Below, one piece after another: positions 18,474 to 27,785 of a DNA stretch of 64,000 nt. The stretch is taken from IMG/VR virus record IMGVR_UViG_3300025098_000014; one strand, given 5' to 3'. Both the position numbers and the translations under genes were made by a program. Position 1 is the first letter of the stretch. Each line of letters opens with the position of its first letter. Source of the DNA: a virus. The notes beneath the pieces were generated by a model, which worked only from the letters and a program-made list of their open reading frames with translations, did no database searches and had not been told where the DNA came from.

Positions 18474-19408
18474 CTTGTTTGCAAATCAGTTTGTGCAATA
18501 TACCAGTCGTAAGTTTTACGAAGACCTTGTAGTAATTTATGGTTCGGCTTCCAACCTTTTTCCAGGAGTTTTGTATAGTCTAGAGGACGCTTGGGTGTAC
18601 CATCTGGTTTAGAAGTATCCCATGCAATCTCTCCAGGATATCCAGTTACCTTTGCCATCATCTGTGCTAGTTCTTTGATAGAAACATCCTCGCCTGATCC
18701 TACATTGAGCAACTCTGCACAACTGTAGTTCTCCATAGCAAACATACATGCATCGGCAAGATCATCTACATGGAGAAACTCTCTACGAGGGGTGCCTGTA
18801 CCCCAGCAGGTGACCGGTTTATCACCCTGCTGCCAGTTATTAAACTTCTGCATCATCGCGGGGATCACATGCCCGTTCAGAGGGTGGAAGTTATCGTTAG
18901 GACCATACAGGTTAGCAGGCATGAGACTAACACTCTTAAATCCATACTGTTTATAGTAGGACTTGAGCATATAGATACCATGAATCTTGGCAAGAGCATA
19001 TGCATCATTAGTAGGCTCAAGTTCTCCAGACATCAGAGACTCTTCTTGTACAGGAGTCTCGGCAAACTTAGGATAGATGCATACACTTCCCAAAAACAAA
19101 AACTTTTTAACGCCACTTTTCCAGGCATTGTGAATTAAATTGTTTTGAATCTGAGTGTTCTGATAGATAAACTCTGCTGAATAAGTATCGTTAGCGTGAA
19201 TGCCACCGACACGAGCAGCAGCATCAAATACATAATCAATTTGTTCATAGTCAAAGAAACTTTCTACAGATTCTTGATCCATAAGATCAAGTTCTTGCCT
19301 AGTCCTGGTAATAACTTTAGTGTACCCTTCTTCTTTGAGACGACGAACAATAGCAGACCCAACTAGACCACGGTGTCCAGCAACAAAAATTTTTGAATCT
19401 TTATTCAT
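18470..19408 (-). CDS. fcl: GDP-L-fucose synthase
   Basis: AGHRGLVGSA, AARVGGI, CIYPK, EPTN.AYALAK, NLYGPNDNF, REFLHVDDLA, KPDGTP. Confidence 0.95.
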   Translation of the reverse strand: MNKDSKIFVAGHRGLVGSAIVRRLKEEGYTKVITRTRQELDLMDQESVESFFDYEQIDYVFDAAARVGGIHANDTYSAEFIYQNTQIQNNLIHNAWKSGVKKFLFLGSVCIYPKFAETPVQEESLMSGELEPTNDAYALAKIHGIYMLKSYYKQYGFKSVSLMPANLYGPNDNFHPLNGHVIPAMMQKFNNWQQGDKPVTCWGTGTPRREFLHVDDLADACMFAMENYSCAELLNVGSGEDVSIKELAQMMAKVTGYPGEIAWDTSKPDGTPKRPLDYTKLLEKGWKPNHKLLQGLRKTYDWYIAQTDLQTR

Positions 19409-19419
19409 TGTCCTAATCT

Positions 19420-20670
19420 TCACGGTGCAATTACAACTTCAGGTTCTGGTAGAGGGAATAAGAAACGCTTACCTTTAAACTTAGGGTTCTTAAGGAAGAA
19501 CTCTCTGAAGTGCCAAGGAAGAACAATGTGTAGATCATATTCATTCATCATGATATCTTCCTCATCTTTGATAGGAATCCATGTACCAGGAGTAAATGAT
19601 CCATCCTTATCGGGATTAACATCACCAATAGCCTCTACATCGTCAGGACCAATCTCCCATGTTTGAAGAGTCACATTACCTTTAGTGCTAGCACCTAAGC
19701 AACAAATCTTTGCACCATTTGATTTGTAGAAGTCCATGATCTTCCAGAACTGGTCTTTGCAATCGTTAATACGCTCTGCAAAAGCATCCCAAGGTTCTGT
19801 CGTATCCAACTTCTCCTCAATTTCCCTAGCAATAACGCCAGTGAGTTTAGTAGTACATTCTTTACGCAGTGAATTGATAGTAGGAGTAACCACGATAGAG
19901 ATGCTTCCACCATTAACAGCATTGAATTCAAAATCAACGATCTTAAATCCTGCTTTATCCATGATGTACTTGATCTGCCGCATACCATAGTAGGACAAGT
20001 GCTCATGACACACAGTGTCAAAAGAATTTTGCCTCAACATCTCAGGCATGTAGCTCTGCTCAAGCACCCAGATACCTTCAGCATCGAGAACTTCATGGAC
20101 CTGGCGAGCAAACTCACAAGGATCCTCTAGGTCATAGAACATAGAGAACGATGTAACTACCTTAGCTTTCTGCTTACCAAAGCGATTACGATAGGTATCA
20201 GAAGAGAAAAAGTCTGCGATATAATTTACATGCTCAGGAATATAATCCTTGAACTTCTTAGAAGTAGGATCAATAGACATGAGCTGTAGATCTGGAGGAA
20301 AGAATCCAAGGAAGGTTCCATCATTACCAGCAATATCTACAACGATATCACCAGACTCTAGATTAGTATCTCCCTTGATCTTCTCTGCCTTCTCACGCAA
20401 GTGACGAATCATAGAACCATTCAAACCAGAACGGTATCCATATTCATCACCATACATGGTAGGAAGATCAAAGGTATGCTCTAGTTGAACATGCCCACAA
20501 CCACCTTTCCTCTCATCACATTTGACAAGAGCTAAAGGACCCCTGTACATTCCGAAGTCAATGGTTTTTGGAAAAATACCAGAGAGATACTGATCACCAA
20601 GATCAAGCACTGTGATTAGATGTTCGTTACCACAAACTCTACACTTTTCAATTTTGTAAAACTTATTCAT
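19420..20670 (-). CDS. NDP-sugar C-methyltransferase (class I SAM, Zn-binding N-terminus)
   Basis: CRVCG...C...C Zn site, [32 protein letters not shown]. Confidence 0.88.
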   Translation of the reverse strand: MNKFYKIEKCRVCGNEHLITVLDLGDQYLSGIFPKTIDFGMYRGPLALVKCDERKGGCGHVQLEHTFDLPTMYGDEYGYRSGLNGSMIRHLREKAEKIKGDTNLESGDIVVDIAGNDGTFLGFFPPDLQLMSIDPTSKKFKDYIPEHVNYIADFFSSDTYRNRFGKQKAKVVTSFSMFYDLEDPCEFARQVHEVLDAEGIWVLEQSYMPEMLRQNSFDTVCHEHLSYYGMRQIKYIMDKAGFKIVDFEFNAVNGGSISIVVTPTINSLRKECTTKLTGVIAREIEEKLDTTEPWDAFAERINDCKDQFWKIMDFYKSNGAKICCLGASTKGNVTLQTWEIGPDDVEAIGDVNPDKDGSFTPGTWIPIKDEEDIMMNEYDLHIVLPWHFREFFLKNPKFKGKRFLFPLPEPEVVIAP

Positions 20671-21659
20671 TGTCCGTAAATACACATGTCTTGTACAAGG
20701 TCAGAAAAACTATGTTCTGGTTCCCATCCTAGAACAGTTCTAGCCTTAGTATAATCCCCCAGAAGTTGTTCCACTTCTGTCGGGCGGTAATATTTAGGGT
20801 TGACACGGATGATGTTTCTGCCCATGTTTTTGCAGTAACCAACCTCGTCTAAACCCTCTCCACGCCATTCAATATTGAATCCATAATACTGCGAAGCCTC
20901 TTCAATAAACTGTCTGACACTACGCATCTCACCTGTAGCAAGTACGAAGTCATCAGGAGTTTCATGTTGAGAAATCATCCACATACCACGAACAAAATCC
21001 TTAGCATGTCCCCAGTCACGCTGTGCATCCAAGTTACCAAGTTCCAGGACATCCTGTAGTCCACTAGAAATCTTCGATAGTCCTATAGTAATCTTGCGAG
21101 TAACAAAGGTTTCTCCTCTCCTAGGAGACTCATGATTGAATAGGATGCCATTACTAGCATGAATACCATACGCTTCACGATAGTTTCTGACCATCCAATA
21201 AGAGTATAGTTTAGCCACGCCATAAGGAGAGCGGGGATAAAAAGGAGTTGTCTCACTCTGAGGAACTTCCTGAACAAGTCCATACAGTTCGCTAGTAGAT
21301 GCCTGATAGAACTTGCAGGGATGATCTAACAGACGAATAGCCTCCAGAAGACGCAAGGTCCCTAGAGCATCAACCTGTCCAACATATTCAGGCATCTCAA
21401 AGGATACCTTTACATGACTCATGGCACCAAGGTTGTATACCTCGGTTGGTTTAATCTTCTGAATGAGACTGATGAGGTTACCTGCATCAGTTAGGTCTCC
21501 ATAATGGAGATGAATCTTATCGTAGATGTGATCGATACGATGAGTATTAATAAGAGAAGAACGGCGTACAATGCCATGAACTTCATATCCTTTTTCAAGG
21601 AGAAATTCTGCAAGGTACGAACCGTCCTGTCCTGTAATACCAGTTATTAATGCTATCAT
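20667..21659 (-). CDS. gmd: GDP-mannose 4,6-dehydratase
   Basis: [52 protein letters not shown]. Confidence 0.98.
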   Translation of the reverse strand: MIALITGITGQDGSYLAEFLLEKGYEVHGIVRRSSLINTHRIDHIYDKIHLHYGDLTDAGNLISLIQKIKPTEVYNLGAMSHVKVSFEMPEYVGQVDALGTLRLLEAIRLLDHPCKFYQASTSELYGLVQEVPQSETTPFYPRSPYGVAKLYSYWMVRNYREAYGIHASNGILFNHESPRRGETFVTRKITIGLSKISSGLQDVLELGNLDAQRDWGHAKDFVRGMWMISQHETPDDFVLATGEMRSVRQFIEEASQYYGFNIEWRGEGLDEVGYCKNMGRNIIRVNPKYYRPTEVEQLLGDYTKARTVLGWEPEHSFSDLVQDMCIYGQ

Positions 21660-22067
21660 TTATGCAAAAGAAATAGTGTCTTGTCCAGCACCTCCAATCA
21701 ATCCTCCCATATCTACCATTCCTGCTGCACCAAAAGTAATACCATCAAGAATAGTATCACCAGTAGTGCCAGTGCTAATAACAGTGTCGTTGAAATTAAA
21801 ACTAATAGTATCAGAAGATGCGGTGCCAGGGTTGCCGGTTACACTGACGCCATCATTTTCCCAAAAACTTTGACTGGAACGAGGAGTATCATCACACTTA
21901 AGTGAATCTTTATACGCTGCATCACTCATGGATCTCATTCCAAGATAGTGACGCCAGAGTTCGCTAAGAGTATTTGTTTCCTCGTCATTATTTAGTGCAG
22001 TAATGACTGCCTCACGAAGAGAGTCTGTTGCTGCTTGATAGTGCTTGTATGTAGAGTTGCAGGACAT
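21660..22067 (-). CDS. hypothetical protein
   Basis: Coupled ORF; low-complexity C-terminus with repeated DTI motif. Confidence 0.65.
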   Translation of the reverse strand: MSCNSTYKHYQAATDSLREAVITALNNDEETNTLSELWRHYLGMRSMSDAAYKDSLKCDDTPRSSQSFWENDGVSVTGNPGTASSDTISFNFNDTVISTGTTGDTILDGITFGAAGMVDMGGLIGGAGQDTISFA

Positions 22068-22069
22068 AA

Positions 22070-22351
22070 TTAATGATTAGATGATACAGTGTCTGTAGTA
22101 TAGCATGGTACACCAGCGGGGTCTAGCCACTTAGCATACTCAAAGTCTTCTATAGCAAGGAAGCATTGGTCGGCATTATCAAAAAGATAGATGTCAGAGT
22201 ATTTTTTACTGTACTCATCTGCCTTCTGAAGACGCAAGTCAGGTTTACCATTAAGTTGAATGTAACCTTTTTGCACATAGCGATAAGGATAACGCTCATG
22301 AACAACAAGCGTCTTAGTCGATGCTACAGACTTTGGATCAAGATCATTCAT
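22070..22351 (-). CDS. conserved cyanophage hypothetical protein
   Basis: ERYPYRYVQ.G...NGKPD.RLQK...YLFDN..Q...AIEDFEY.KWLDP. Confidence 0.8.
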   Translation of the reverse strand: MNDLDPKSVASTKTLVVHERYPYRYVQKGYIQLNGKPDLRLQKADEYSKKYSDIYLFDNADQCFLAIEDFEYAKWLDPAGVPCYTTDTVSSNH

Positions 22352-22565
22352 TGATAATACCTTCGGTAACTAGATCAGCGTAGAGACAGTCTAGCAGAAT
22401 TTCGTAATCATTACAAGGATCGTTTACGAACTTAACACCTTTCTCACGATAATACTTAGTAACTTTACGAAATACCTTTGGATACTGATGATCTAAATCA
22501 ACTTGACCCTCAACGGTATTACGAAGAAGGTTGATGTGCTTCTTGAACTTAGTGGTGACAGACAT
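22344..22565 (-). CDS. hypothetical protein
   Basis: Coupled ORF with upstream promoter. Confidence 0.7.
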   Translation of the reverse strand: MSVTTKFKKHINLLRNTVEGQVDLDHQYPKVFRKVTKYYREKGVKFVNDPCNDYEILLDCLYADLVTEGIINE

Positions 22566-22794
22566 TGCTCTGTTTGATTACCTTGTTATTATAGACCATC
22601 TGATCTAACTTGGGTAGTTCAGGTGGACGGTTGTTCCAGTGTCTCATGACACCAGATACAATAAAAGCGTTAGTGACCATGTAGCTAACAAAAATACTGG
22701 TGCGTATGATAGCAACATAATTGTCATATGGAGCTGTCTTGTCGTCACTAAAACTACCAATACTGTACTTCCATATGTTCCACACCCTCTTCAT
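22549..22794 (-). CDS. conserved small membrane protein
   Basis: WNIWKYSIGSFSD.KT..YD...RHW motif. Confidence 0.7.
   Translation of the reverse strand: MKRVWNIWKYSIGSFSDDKTAPYDNYVAIIRTSIFVSYMVTNAFIVSGVMRHWNNRPPELPKLDQMVYNNKVIKQSNVCHH
22588..22632 (-). promoter_or_regulatory. phage early-type promoter (AACCGTCCAC-N29-TATAAT)
   Basis: Same architecture as the elements at about 57.85 kb and 60.2 kb. Confidence 0.6.
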
Positions 22795-22973
22795 TTAATA
22801 TCGGGTCCGCGACGATCAAATTTACCAATCTGATATCCTTCACGAATCGCATGCATGATAATATTATCATAAGAATGCGAACGCAAGGGAATATTTCTAT
22901 GTAAAAGAAAGTCTTCGCAGTCTTCTGACAATAGTTCTTTTTCTTCGTGAGTGAGATTGTCTAGGTCGATCAT
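22791..22973 (-). CDS. hypothetical protein
   Basis: ATGA-coupled ORF. Confidence 0.65.
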   Translation of the reverse strand: MIDLDNLTHEEKELLSEDCEDFLLHRNIPLRSHSYDNIIMHAIREGYQIGKFDRRGPDIK

Positions 22974-23218
22974 CGTACTTCAAAATTTAGTTTACGAACT
23001 TTTCGTTTGCGTCGGTTCTCTTGGTATTCTAAGTCATTTCTAGTGAGAGTATGACTATTCTTAGAATTGTTTTCAGTTTTTAACAAAACAACTTCGTTAA
23101 GATCCATAGCTGTAACTTTGTCACCCAATAATGTCATCATATTTGGGCAACCGCAACTCTGACTCTTGGTTGAGCTGGTCAATTCTACATTGCAAATTTT
23201 GCATCTGACAGATAGCAT
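22970..23218 (-). CDS. Zn-ribbon-like hypothetical protein
   Basis: CKIC...CGCPN; basic C-terminus. Confidence 0.75.
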   Translation of the reverse strand: MLSVRCKICNVELTSSTKSQSCGCPNMMTLLGDKVTAMDLNEVVLLKTENNSKNSHTLTRNDLEYQENRRKRKVRKLNFEVR

Positions 23219-23269
23219 GTTTCAATAACTCCTTTATTTCAGATAATTCTTCTTTGATTTTTTGCTTTT

Positions 23270-23926
23270 TCACAGAAAGATAACCTCAGTAAATCTGGTA
23301 GTGGTTTTAAAAAAATTGTCAACAATTGTCTGTCCATGGAACCATTTTCCAGGAAATACGACTCCGCAATTAAATCTATCTAAGATACATAACTCTTCTC
23401 TAAATTGATCAGATGTTTTCCAAGGATTGTTATGCTCGGTGTCCTTCTTTAAATAAAAAGTTTTTGCTTTTGTATTAAGAGGAGTATATAATGAAGTGCC
23501 AGACTTCATATGGTGATCTGGATTTAGAAAAATAATAAAATTTAATTGACCATCACAATGAGGATGCCAATGATAACCCTCTCCAGGTATGTCTTTTAAC
23601 AATCTAAATTGATTGACAACATGAAATAAATTTTGCAAATCTACTTCAACATTGTAGCTGTTTGCTACACCTTTGAGCAAGTATTCTCTATGTAAGTCCC
23701 ATCTACTATCGAATAGTATTTGACCATCCATAAAGTCAGTACCATTTAGAGAATTTTTAACAGATTTGTTAGTTCTAATACCCTGAATGGAATTTAAATA
23801 ATCATAAACTCTTTCTGGTCTCTTGTATATATTATCTATAAAGAGTATTTCAGAATCTTTCCAAGGGGTTTTAGTAATAGCCCATGATTCATTATACTCA
23901 AAGTCTTTATTATTAAAAAATTTCAT
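23270..23926 (-). CDS. 2OG-Fe(II) oxygenase-like protein (DUF6445-like)
   Basis: IDNIYKRPE, PHCD, FIIFLN, GTSLY, FNCGVVFPGKWFH, R. Confidence 0.7.
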   Translation of the reverse strand: MKFFNNKDFEYNESWAITKTPWKDSEILFIDNIYKRPERVYDYLNSIQGIRTNKSVKNSLNGTDFMDGQILFDSRWDLHREYLLKGVANSYNVEVDLQNLFHVVNQFRLLKDIPGEGYHWHPHCDGQLNFIIFLNPDHHMKSGTSLYTPLNTKAKTFYLKKDTEHNNPWKTSDQFREELCILDRFNCGVVFPGKWFHGQTIVDNFFKTTTRFTEVIFL

Positions 23927-23997
23927 GGGAGATACAAGGATCGAACTTGTGACAATCTCGGTGTAAACGAGGTGCTCTACCGCTGAGCTAATCTCCC
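23926..23997 (-). tRNA. tRNA-Val(TAC)
   Basis: GGGAGATTAGCTCAGCGGTAGAGCACCTCGTT-TAC-ACCGAG...GTTCGATCC...TCTCCCA cloverleaf; no encoded CCA. Confidence 0.95.
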
Positions 23998-24000
23998 AAG

Positions 24001-24073
24001 CGACTCAGGTTGGGGTCGAACCAACGACCGACTGCTTAGAAGGCAGTTGCTCTATCCACTGAGCTACTGAGTC
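24001..24073 (-). tRNA. tRNA-Arg(TCT)
   Basis: GACTCAGTAGCTCAGTGGATAGAGCAACTGCCT-TCT-AAGCAGT...GGTTCGACCCC...CTGAGTCG. Confidence 0.95.
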
Positions 24074-24669
24074 TTGAACATAAAAGTATAATTAACTCGC
24101 CTATTATCTAGGCCGGGTTTCATCGAAACTTTATTTGTTTCATGAAAATATTTGGAGTTGAATATGAGAAGACGATTACACGCATAAGGAATAATCGTCT
24201 TCTCTGATTTAGTGTACTCCAGATATTTCCGAATCAACTTGACATCGGTATTATACTCACGCCATGTCCATGTCGGAGGCGGTTTAATATCATAAAGAAT
24301 CAAACCGTTTTTCTCTGGATCTTCTACAGAAGAGTCTGGAGTGACCCAGAGATTCACATTATAACATGCTGGATCAGCATGTGGAGTCACACCTTCGGCA
24401 TTGTTGTTGTAAACGAATGCCCATCCTCTGGAAAATTTACCAAGGAATGGAAACTTCGCTTGCAACCCTGTTATTATAACACCTAATAAAGGAAAGCGCA
24501 AGTTGTCTTGATAGAAGTTTAGTGAGTGATAGTCTTCGTAGGTATCATCTGGATCAGAGGCTGTTAAAGCATAGTCTCTTAACTCATCAATTACATCTTG
24601 TAGAAATATTCCGTCCTCAACTAAAAATCTTTCTTCTTCAATTATCTTCTTTGCAATATTTGAGTGCAT
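24064..24669 (-). CDS. 2OG-Fe(II) oxygenase-like protein
   Basis: GWAFVY...PHADPA.YNVNLWVTP...NRLLIFNSKYFHET...RRVNYTF. Confidence 0.72.
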   Translation of the reverse strand: MHSNIAKKIIEEERFLVEDGIFLQDVIDELRDYALTASDPDDTYEDYHSLNFYQDNLRFPLLGVIITGLQAKFPFLGKFSRGWAFVYNNNAEGVTPHADPACYNVNLWVTPDSSVEDPEKNGLILYDIKPPPTWTWREYNTDVKLIRKYLEYTKSEKTIIPYACNRLLIFNSKYFHETNKVSMKPGLDNRRVNYTFMFKTQ

Positions 24670-25159
24670 AAGTAAACCTATGATCAGATAATAATGGAGT
24701 TGCTCTATGCAAAATAGAAGAAGTAAACTTTACCAGAGTATTTGGAATGGGAGGAATACCAATAATTTTTTCATCTAAGTAAAATTCAGTACACCCTCCC
24801 TCATTCAATCCAGTATACCTAGGATTAGCATAGAAAAGAAAAGTTACTTGATCTTCATCGAGGTCACAATCAACATGAAAGTTTGCTGCTTCTCTAGGAG
24901 CAAAACAATTGATGTATGCTCGGTATAATTTATACTCTTTTACTTCTGGGAACCTTGCATAAATTAGAGATTCAAGAATACCAACGATCGTATCATCATC
25001 GTCATCTTCTGGGTCCAACTCACAGATCATTCCTGTTGGTTTAGAATCAGAATCATCTTGTTCACCATAAGTATACTGACAATCAAAAGCATACTCACTC
25101 ACCTCCCGAAAATCATCTGGAGTTAGAGCTTTATTAATACTAAGAATACTAGGTTTCAT
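24638..25159 (-). CDS. 2OG-Fe(II) oxygenase
   Basis: RAYINCFAP, FHVD, TFLFYAN, GGCTEF, ILHRATP, RFTYALK. Confidence 0.85.
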   Translation of the reverse strand: MKPSILSINKALTPDDFREVSEYAFDCQYTYGEQDDSDSKPTGMICELDPEDDDDDTIVGILESLIYARFPEVKEYKLYRAYINCFAPREAANFHVDCDLDEDQVTFLFYANPRYTGLNEGGCTEFYLDEKIIGIPPIPNTLVKFTSSILHRATPLLSDHRFTYALKYCKEDN

Positions 25160-25722
25160 AATACATCGTCAAGTTTTTGTACTCGCCATACAACAGTGTA
25201 TCTATACACATAAGGATGCCGTGGTCCAAGACCTCTATGAGGAATTTCAGATGGGAAAACTAATACTCTACCAGGAACATATTCGTGTTCTTCAATAACA
25301 TCACCATCATCACCAAACAATTGAAACTGACCTCCCCATTCTTTAGTATCCCATTCCAAGTTCGGCATATACATGATAGTATACTCTCCCTCTTCACCGT
25401 CTATATGTGACGAGCCATCACAGAAAGAATGCTGCAAATTAAAATCAATTCTATTAAGATATAATTTTGTTTCTAGTGCTTCTTCTACTAGATCTAACAT
25501 TTCAAAATAAATCTCACAGTCGTTCATGAGATTTACTACTTTGTTTATACTCTCTCGTTCAAATATATTCTCTCCCATTAATCTATGGGTTCCATTTTCC
25601 CCATTAGGAAAAGACTTACCGTTCGCAATATTAATAGCAGTCACTGGTAAGTGGTGGAGGTTTTTTTCCACCTTGGCCATGTATTCTATACTAAAAAGTT
25701 TATCAAAGATTGTTGCTATCAT
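25156..25722 (-). CDS. 2OG-Fe(II) oxygenase
   Basis: HID, TIMYMPN, WGGQFQ, PGRVLVFPSEIPHRG, RYTVVWR. Confidence 0.85.
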   Translation of the reverse strand: MIATIFDKLFSIEYMAKVEKNLHHLPVTAINIANGKSFPNGENGTHRLMGENIFERESINKVVNLMNDCEIYFEMLDLVEEALETKLYLNRIDFNLQHSFCDGSSHIDGEEGEYTIMYMPNLEWDTKEWGGQFQLFGDDGDVIEEHEYVPGRVLVFPSEIPHRGLGPRHPYVYRYTVVWRVQKLDDVL

Positions 25723-25858
25723 TTAAATTTCTATTATAAATGACGACTCTACCATTTTCATGAGTAAAAATTAATTCATCGTCAGGATGCCACATCAACT
25801 CTTCGTAAAGAGCATTAAGTTTTTCCATATCCTCATAGAGTTGATTCGGATTCGGCAT
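25703..25858 (-). CDS. conserved small cyanophage protein
   Basis: MPNPNQLYEDMEKLNALYEEL.W..DDEL.F. Confidence 0.7.
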   Translation of the reverse strand: MPNPNQLYEDMEKLNALYEELMWHPDDELIFTHENGRVVIYNRNLNDSNNL

Positions 25859-26066
25859 CTTCACCCTCCTTTGTTTTATTAAATCCAAATGGACCTGCTG
25901 CTTTTTCTTCTAGTGCTACCTTCAGCGCAACACTACCAACAGCTTCCATACATTTGAGAATGTCTTCTGTCTTAGCACCTTCACCAAGTTCTTTGGCAAT
26001 GTACCAATACTTAGGCCAGAAAGTTTCTCCTGCCAATTGATAATCTTCAAGTGTTAGTAGTTTCAT
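25833..26066 (-). CDS. conserved cyanophage hypothetical protein
   Basis: MKLLTLEDYQ.AGE.FWPKYWY...GPFGF. Confidence 0.75.
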   Translation of the reverse strand: MKLLTLEDYQLAGETFWPKYWYIAKELGEGAKTEDILKCMEAVGSVALKVALEEKAAGPFGFNKTKEGEDAESESTL

Positions 26067-26380
26067 TAGTCTCGTTGTCTCCAATCATCAGGTTTGTCAG
26101 TATGGAACCAGTCCTTAATATCATCAGCACTGTTGAACCCCGTTCTATGATTGGATGGATCGGGGTCTCCTAAACCCATCCTATTCAGAAAATCGTCGGT
26201 ACTACCTTCTTCAATGTCTTGAGAAGATTGTCGTCGTGCTTTTTGCAACCAATCCCGAGCAGTAGTATGACTCTTTGCCAACTTCTCTGCCCAGATCATG
26301 TCGTCTAGTTTTACCTCTTCACCATTAGCAATACATTTACAGATAAATTCTAGTCTTAATCGATATTGTGTAGAAAGCAT
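26066..26380 (-). CDS. conserved cyanophage hypothetical protein
   Basis: MLSTQYRLRLEFICK...GLGDPDPSNH...DWRQRD. Confidence 0.8.
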   Translation of the reverse strand: MLSTQYRLRLEFICKCIANGEEVKLDDMIWAEKLAKSHTTARDWLQKARRQSSQDIEEGSTDDFLNRMGLGDPDPSNHRTGFNSADDIKDWFHTDKPDDWRQRD

Positions 26381-26407
26381 TTGAAACCCCTAGCAAACTT
26401 ATTTAGT

Positions 26408-27073
26408 CTATACTTGTACCCAGTGATGTGGTGATGTGACCACATTTTCGTAGTTGTGGTCTACATTTATAGTAGAGGTTACAAAGATATCATAGACGAT
26501 TGAAGCTCTAAAGTCAACCCCACTAAACTCTGTTACCCTATGCAAAATATTAGATGGAAAAATAATTAGATCACCATCTTCTGGATCTAAATTATAAAGA
26601 CAATAATCATCAAGAACATTTAATGAAAGATTATCCATGTAACTTTCTGATGCAAGAGTCAATGTTCCACCGTCGCCCTCAGTTCTTAAGTAATAGACGC
26701 CACTAAAGTGGGATCCCTTATGCAAGTGATCTGGATTACCACCATCTTCTAATCTACACACATTAGGCCAGGACTTTTGAAAGAAAATATCATGCACATA
26801 ATCCTCACCACTATCAGTTTTTCTGCACATACCAGATAGATATTGCCTAGTAGCATGTGCCATCTGAGCATTCAACCAATAAAATTCTTTAGTTTTATGT
26901 AAAAGGAAAAACTTTGGAATGTCTTGATCACCAGTAAAGTTACCAGTATCTTCAATCTCTTCCAAGTTCTTATAGTAAAACTCCTCACAAAGATTCATCA
27001 TTCCTTCCCACTCTTTTTGTGGACAAGAAACATTTGATTTGTAAATTGCTGTTGGAAAAATATGTTTTATCAT
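26408..27073 (-). CDS. putative 2OG-Fe(II) oxygenase (TIGR02466-like)
   Basis: IFPTAIY, SWPNV, HLH, FSGVYYL, GDLIIFPSNILHRV, RASI. Confidence 0.8.
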   Translation of the reverse strand: MIKHIFPTAIYKSNVSCPQKEWEGMMNLCEEFYYKNLEEIEDTGNFTGDQDIPKFFLLHKTKEFYWLNAQMAHATRQYLSGMCRKTDSGEDYVHDIFFQKSWPNVCRLEDGGNPDHLHKGSHFSGVYYLRTEGDGGTLTLASESYMDNLSLNVLDDYCLYNLDPEDGDLIIFPSNILHRVTEFSGVDFRASIVYDIFVTSTINVDHNYENVVTSPHHWVQV

Positions 27074-27074
27074 A

Positions 27075-27146
27075 AGCCAGTTACAGGATTTGAACCAGTG
27101 ACCTGATCTTTACAAAAGACCTGCTCTACCACTGAGCTAAACTGGC
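27075..27146 (-). tRNA. tRNA-Thr(TGT)
   Basis: GCCAGTTTAGCTCAGTGGTAGAGCAGGTCTTT-TGT-AAAGATC...GGTTCAAATCC...AACTGGCT; one T-stem mismatch. Confidence 0.92.
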
Positions 27147-27778
27147 AAGGTGATTGTGATTACTGGTTTGTAAAGCCAACCAGTTTTGCAATAATTACAG
27201 TTCTTAGGGACTTCAACCTCATAAGGTTTGAAACTCATATCAAACTGCGATTTAATATTCATGGTACTTAGCATGGCATAGTACCTATCAATGTGACCTT
27301 GCATTAGTTCACCTTGACTAGAACAATAGAAAGAGAATTTTGCGATCTCTCTCGCGTGTTCATAGACACATGTTATTATAAAATAACAAGTCTCGCAACC
27401 AGCATACTGACGAGTCACCTCTGGTTTTTCTTCCATGTAAGGATCATAAAAGAAGCAGTCATACTTACCAAGACCAGTAGTGTCTGGCCAAGCTTGGTTT
27501 AGAATGGTGATATTGGAGTAGTCTTTTGACCATTCCACTGCTCTATTATACACCACTGGGTCTGGCTCTAGAACAGTATATGACTTAATATTATGTTTTT
27601 GAAATTGGGTGGCAGAGTATCCCATACCAAACCCAATCTCAAGAACATCTCCATATGGTTCTAGGGCATCAACACAATCTTCCATGTACTTCTTTTCCCA
27701 CTCCATCATATATTGATGATGATCAGAAGTACCATAAAGAATATCTTGATTGTTTATGTCTCTTGTGTATTCTGCCAT
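27137..27778 (-). CDS. class I SAM methyltransferase, GAMT/RMT2-like
   Basis: MMEWEKKYM...GDVLEIGFGMGYSA...LEPDP...W...YDCFFYDPY parallels GAMT VMERWETPYM/RVLEVGFGM/FDGILYDTY. Confidence 0.8.
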   Translation of the reverse strand: MAEYTRDINNQDILYGTSDHHQYMMEWEKKYMEDCVDALEPYGDVLEIGFGMGYSATQFQKHNIKSYTVLEPDPVVYNRAVEWSKDYSNITILNQAWPDTTGLGKYDCFFYDPYMEEKPEVTRQYAGCETCYFIITCVYEHAREIAKFSFYCSSQGELMQGHIDRYYAMLSTMNIKSQFDMSFKPYEVEVPKNCNYCKTGWLYKPVITITLPV

Positions 27779-27785
27779 AACTAAT

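Noticed and set aside
21660-21700. wcaG RNA motif ahead of the gmd/fcl cluster
   Set aside because: No intergenic space: gmd starts immediately after the upstream stop codon
23926-27146. tRNA-targeted integrative element
   Set aside because: No integrase and no duplicated tRNA 3' end (att repeat) seen
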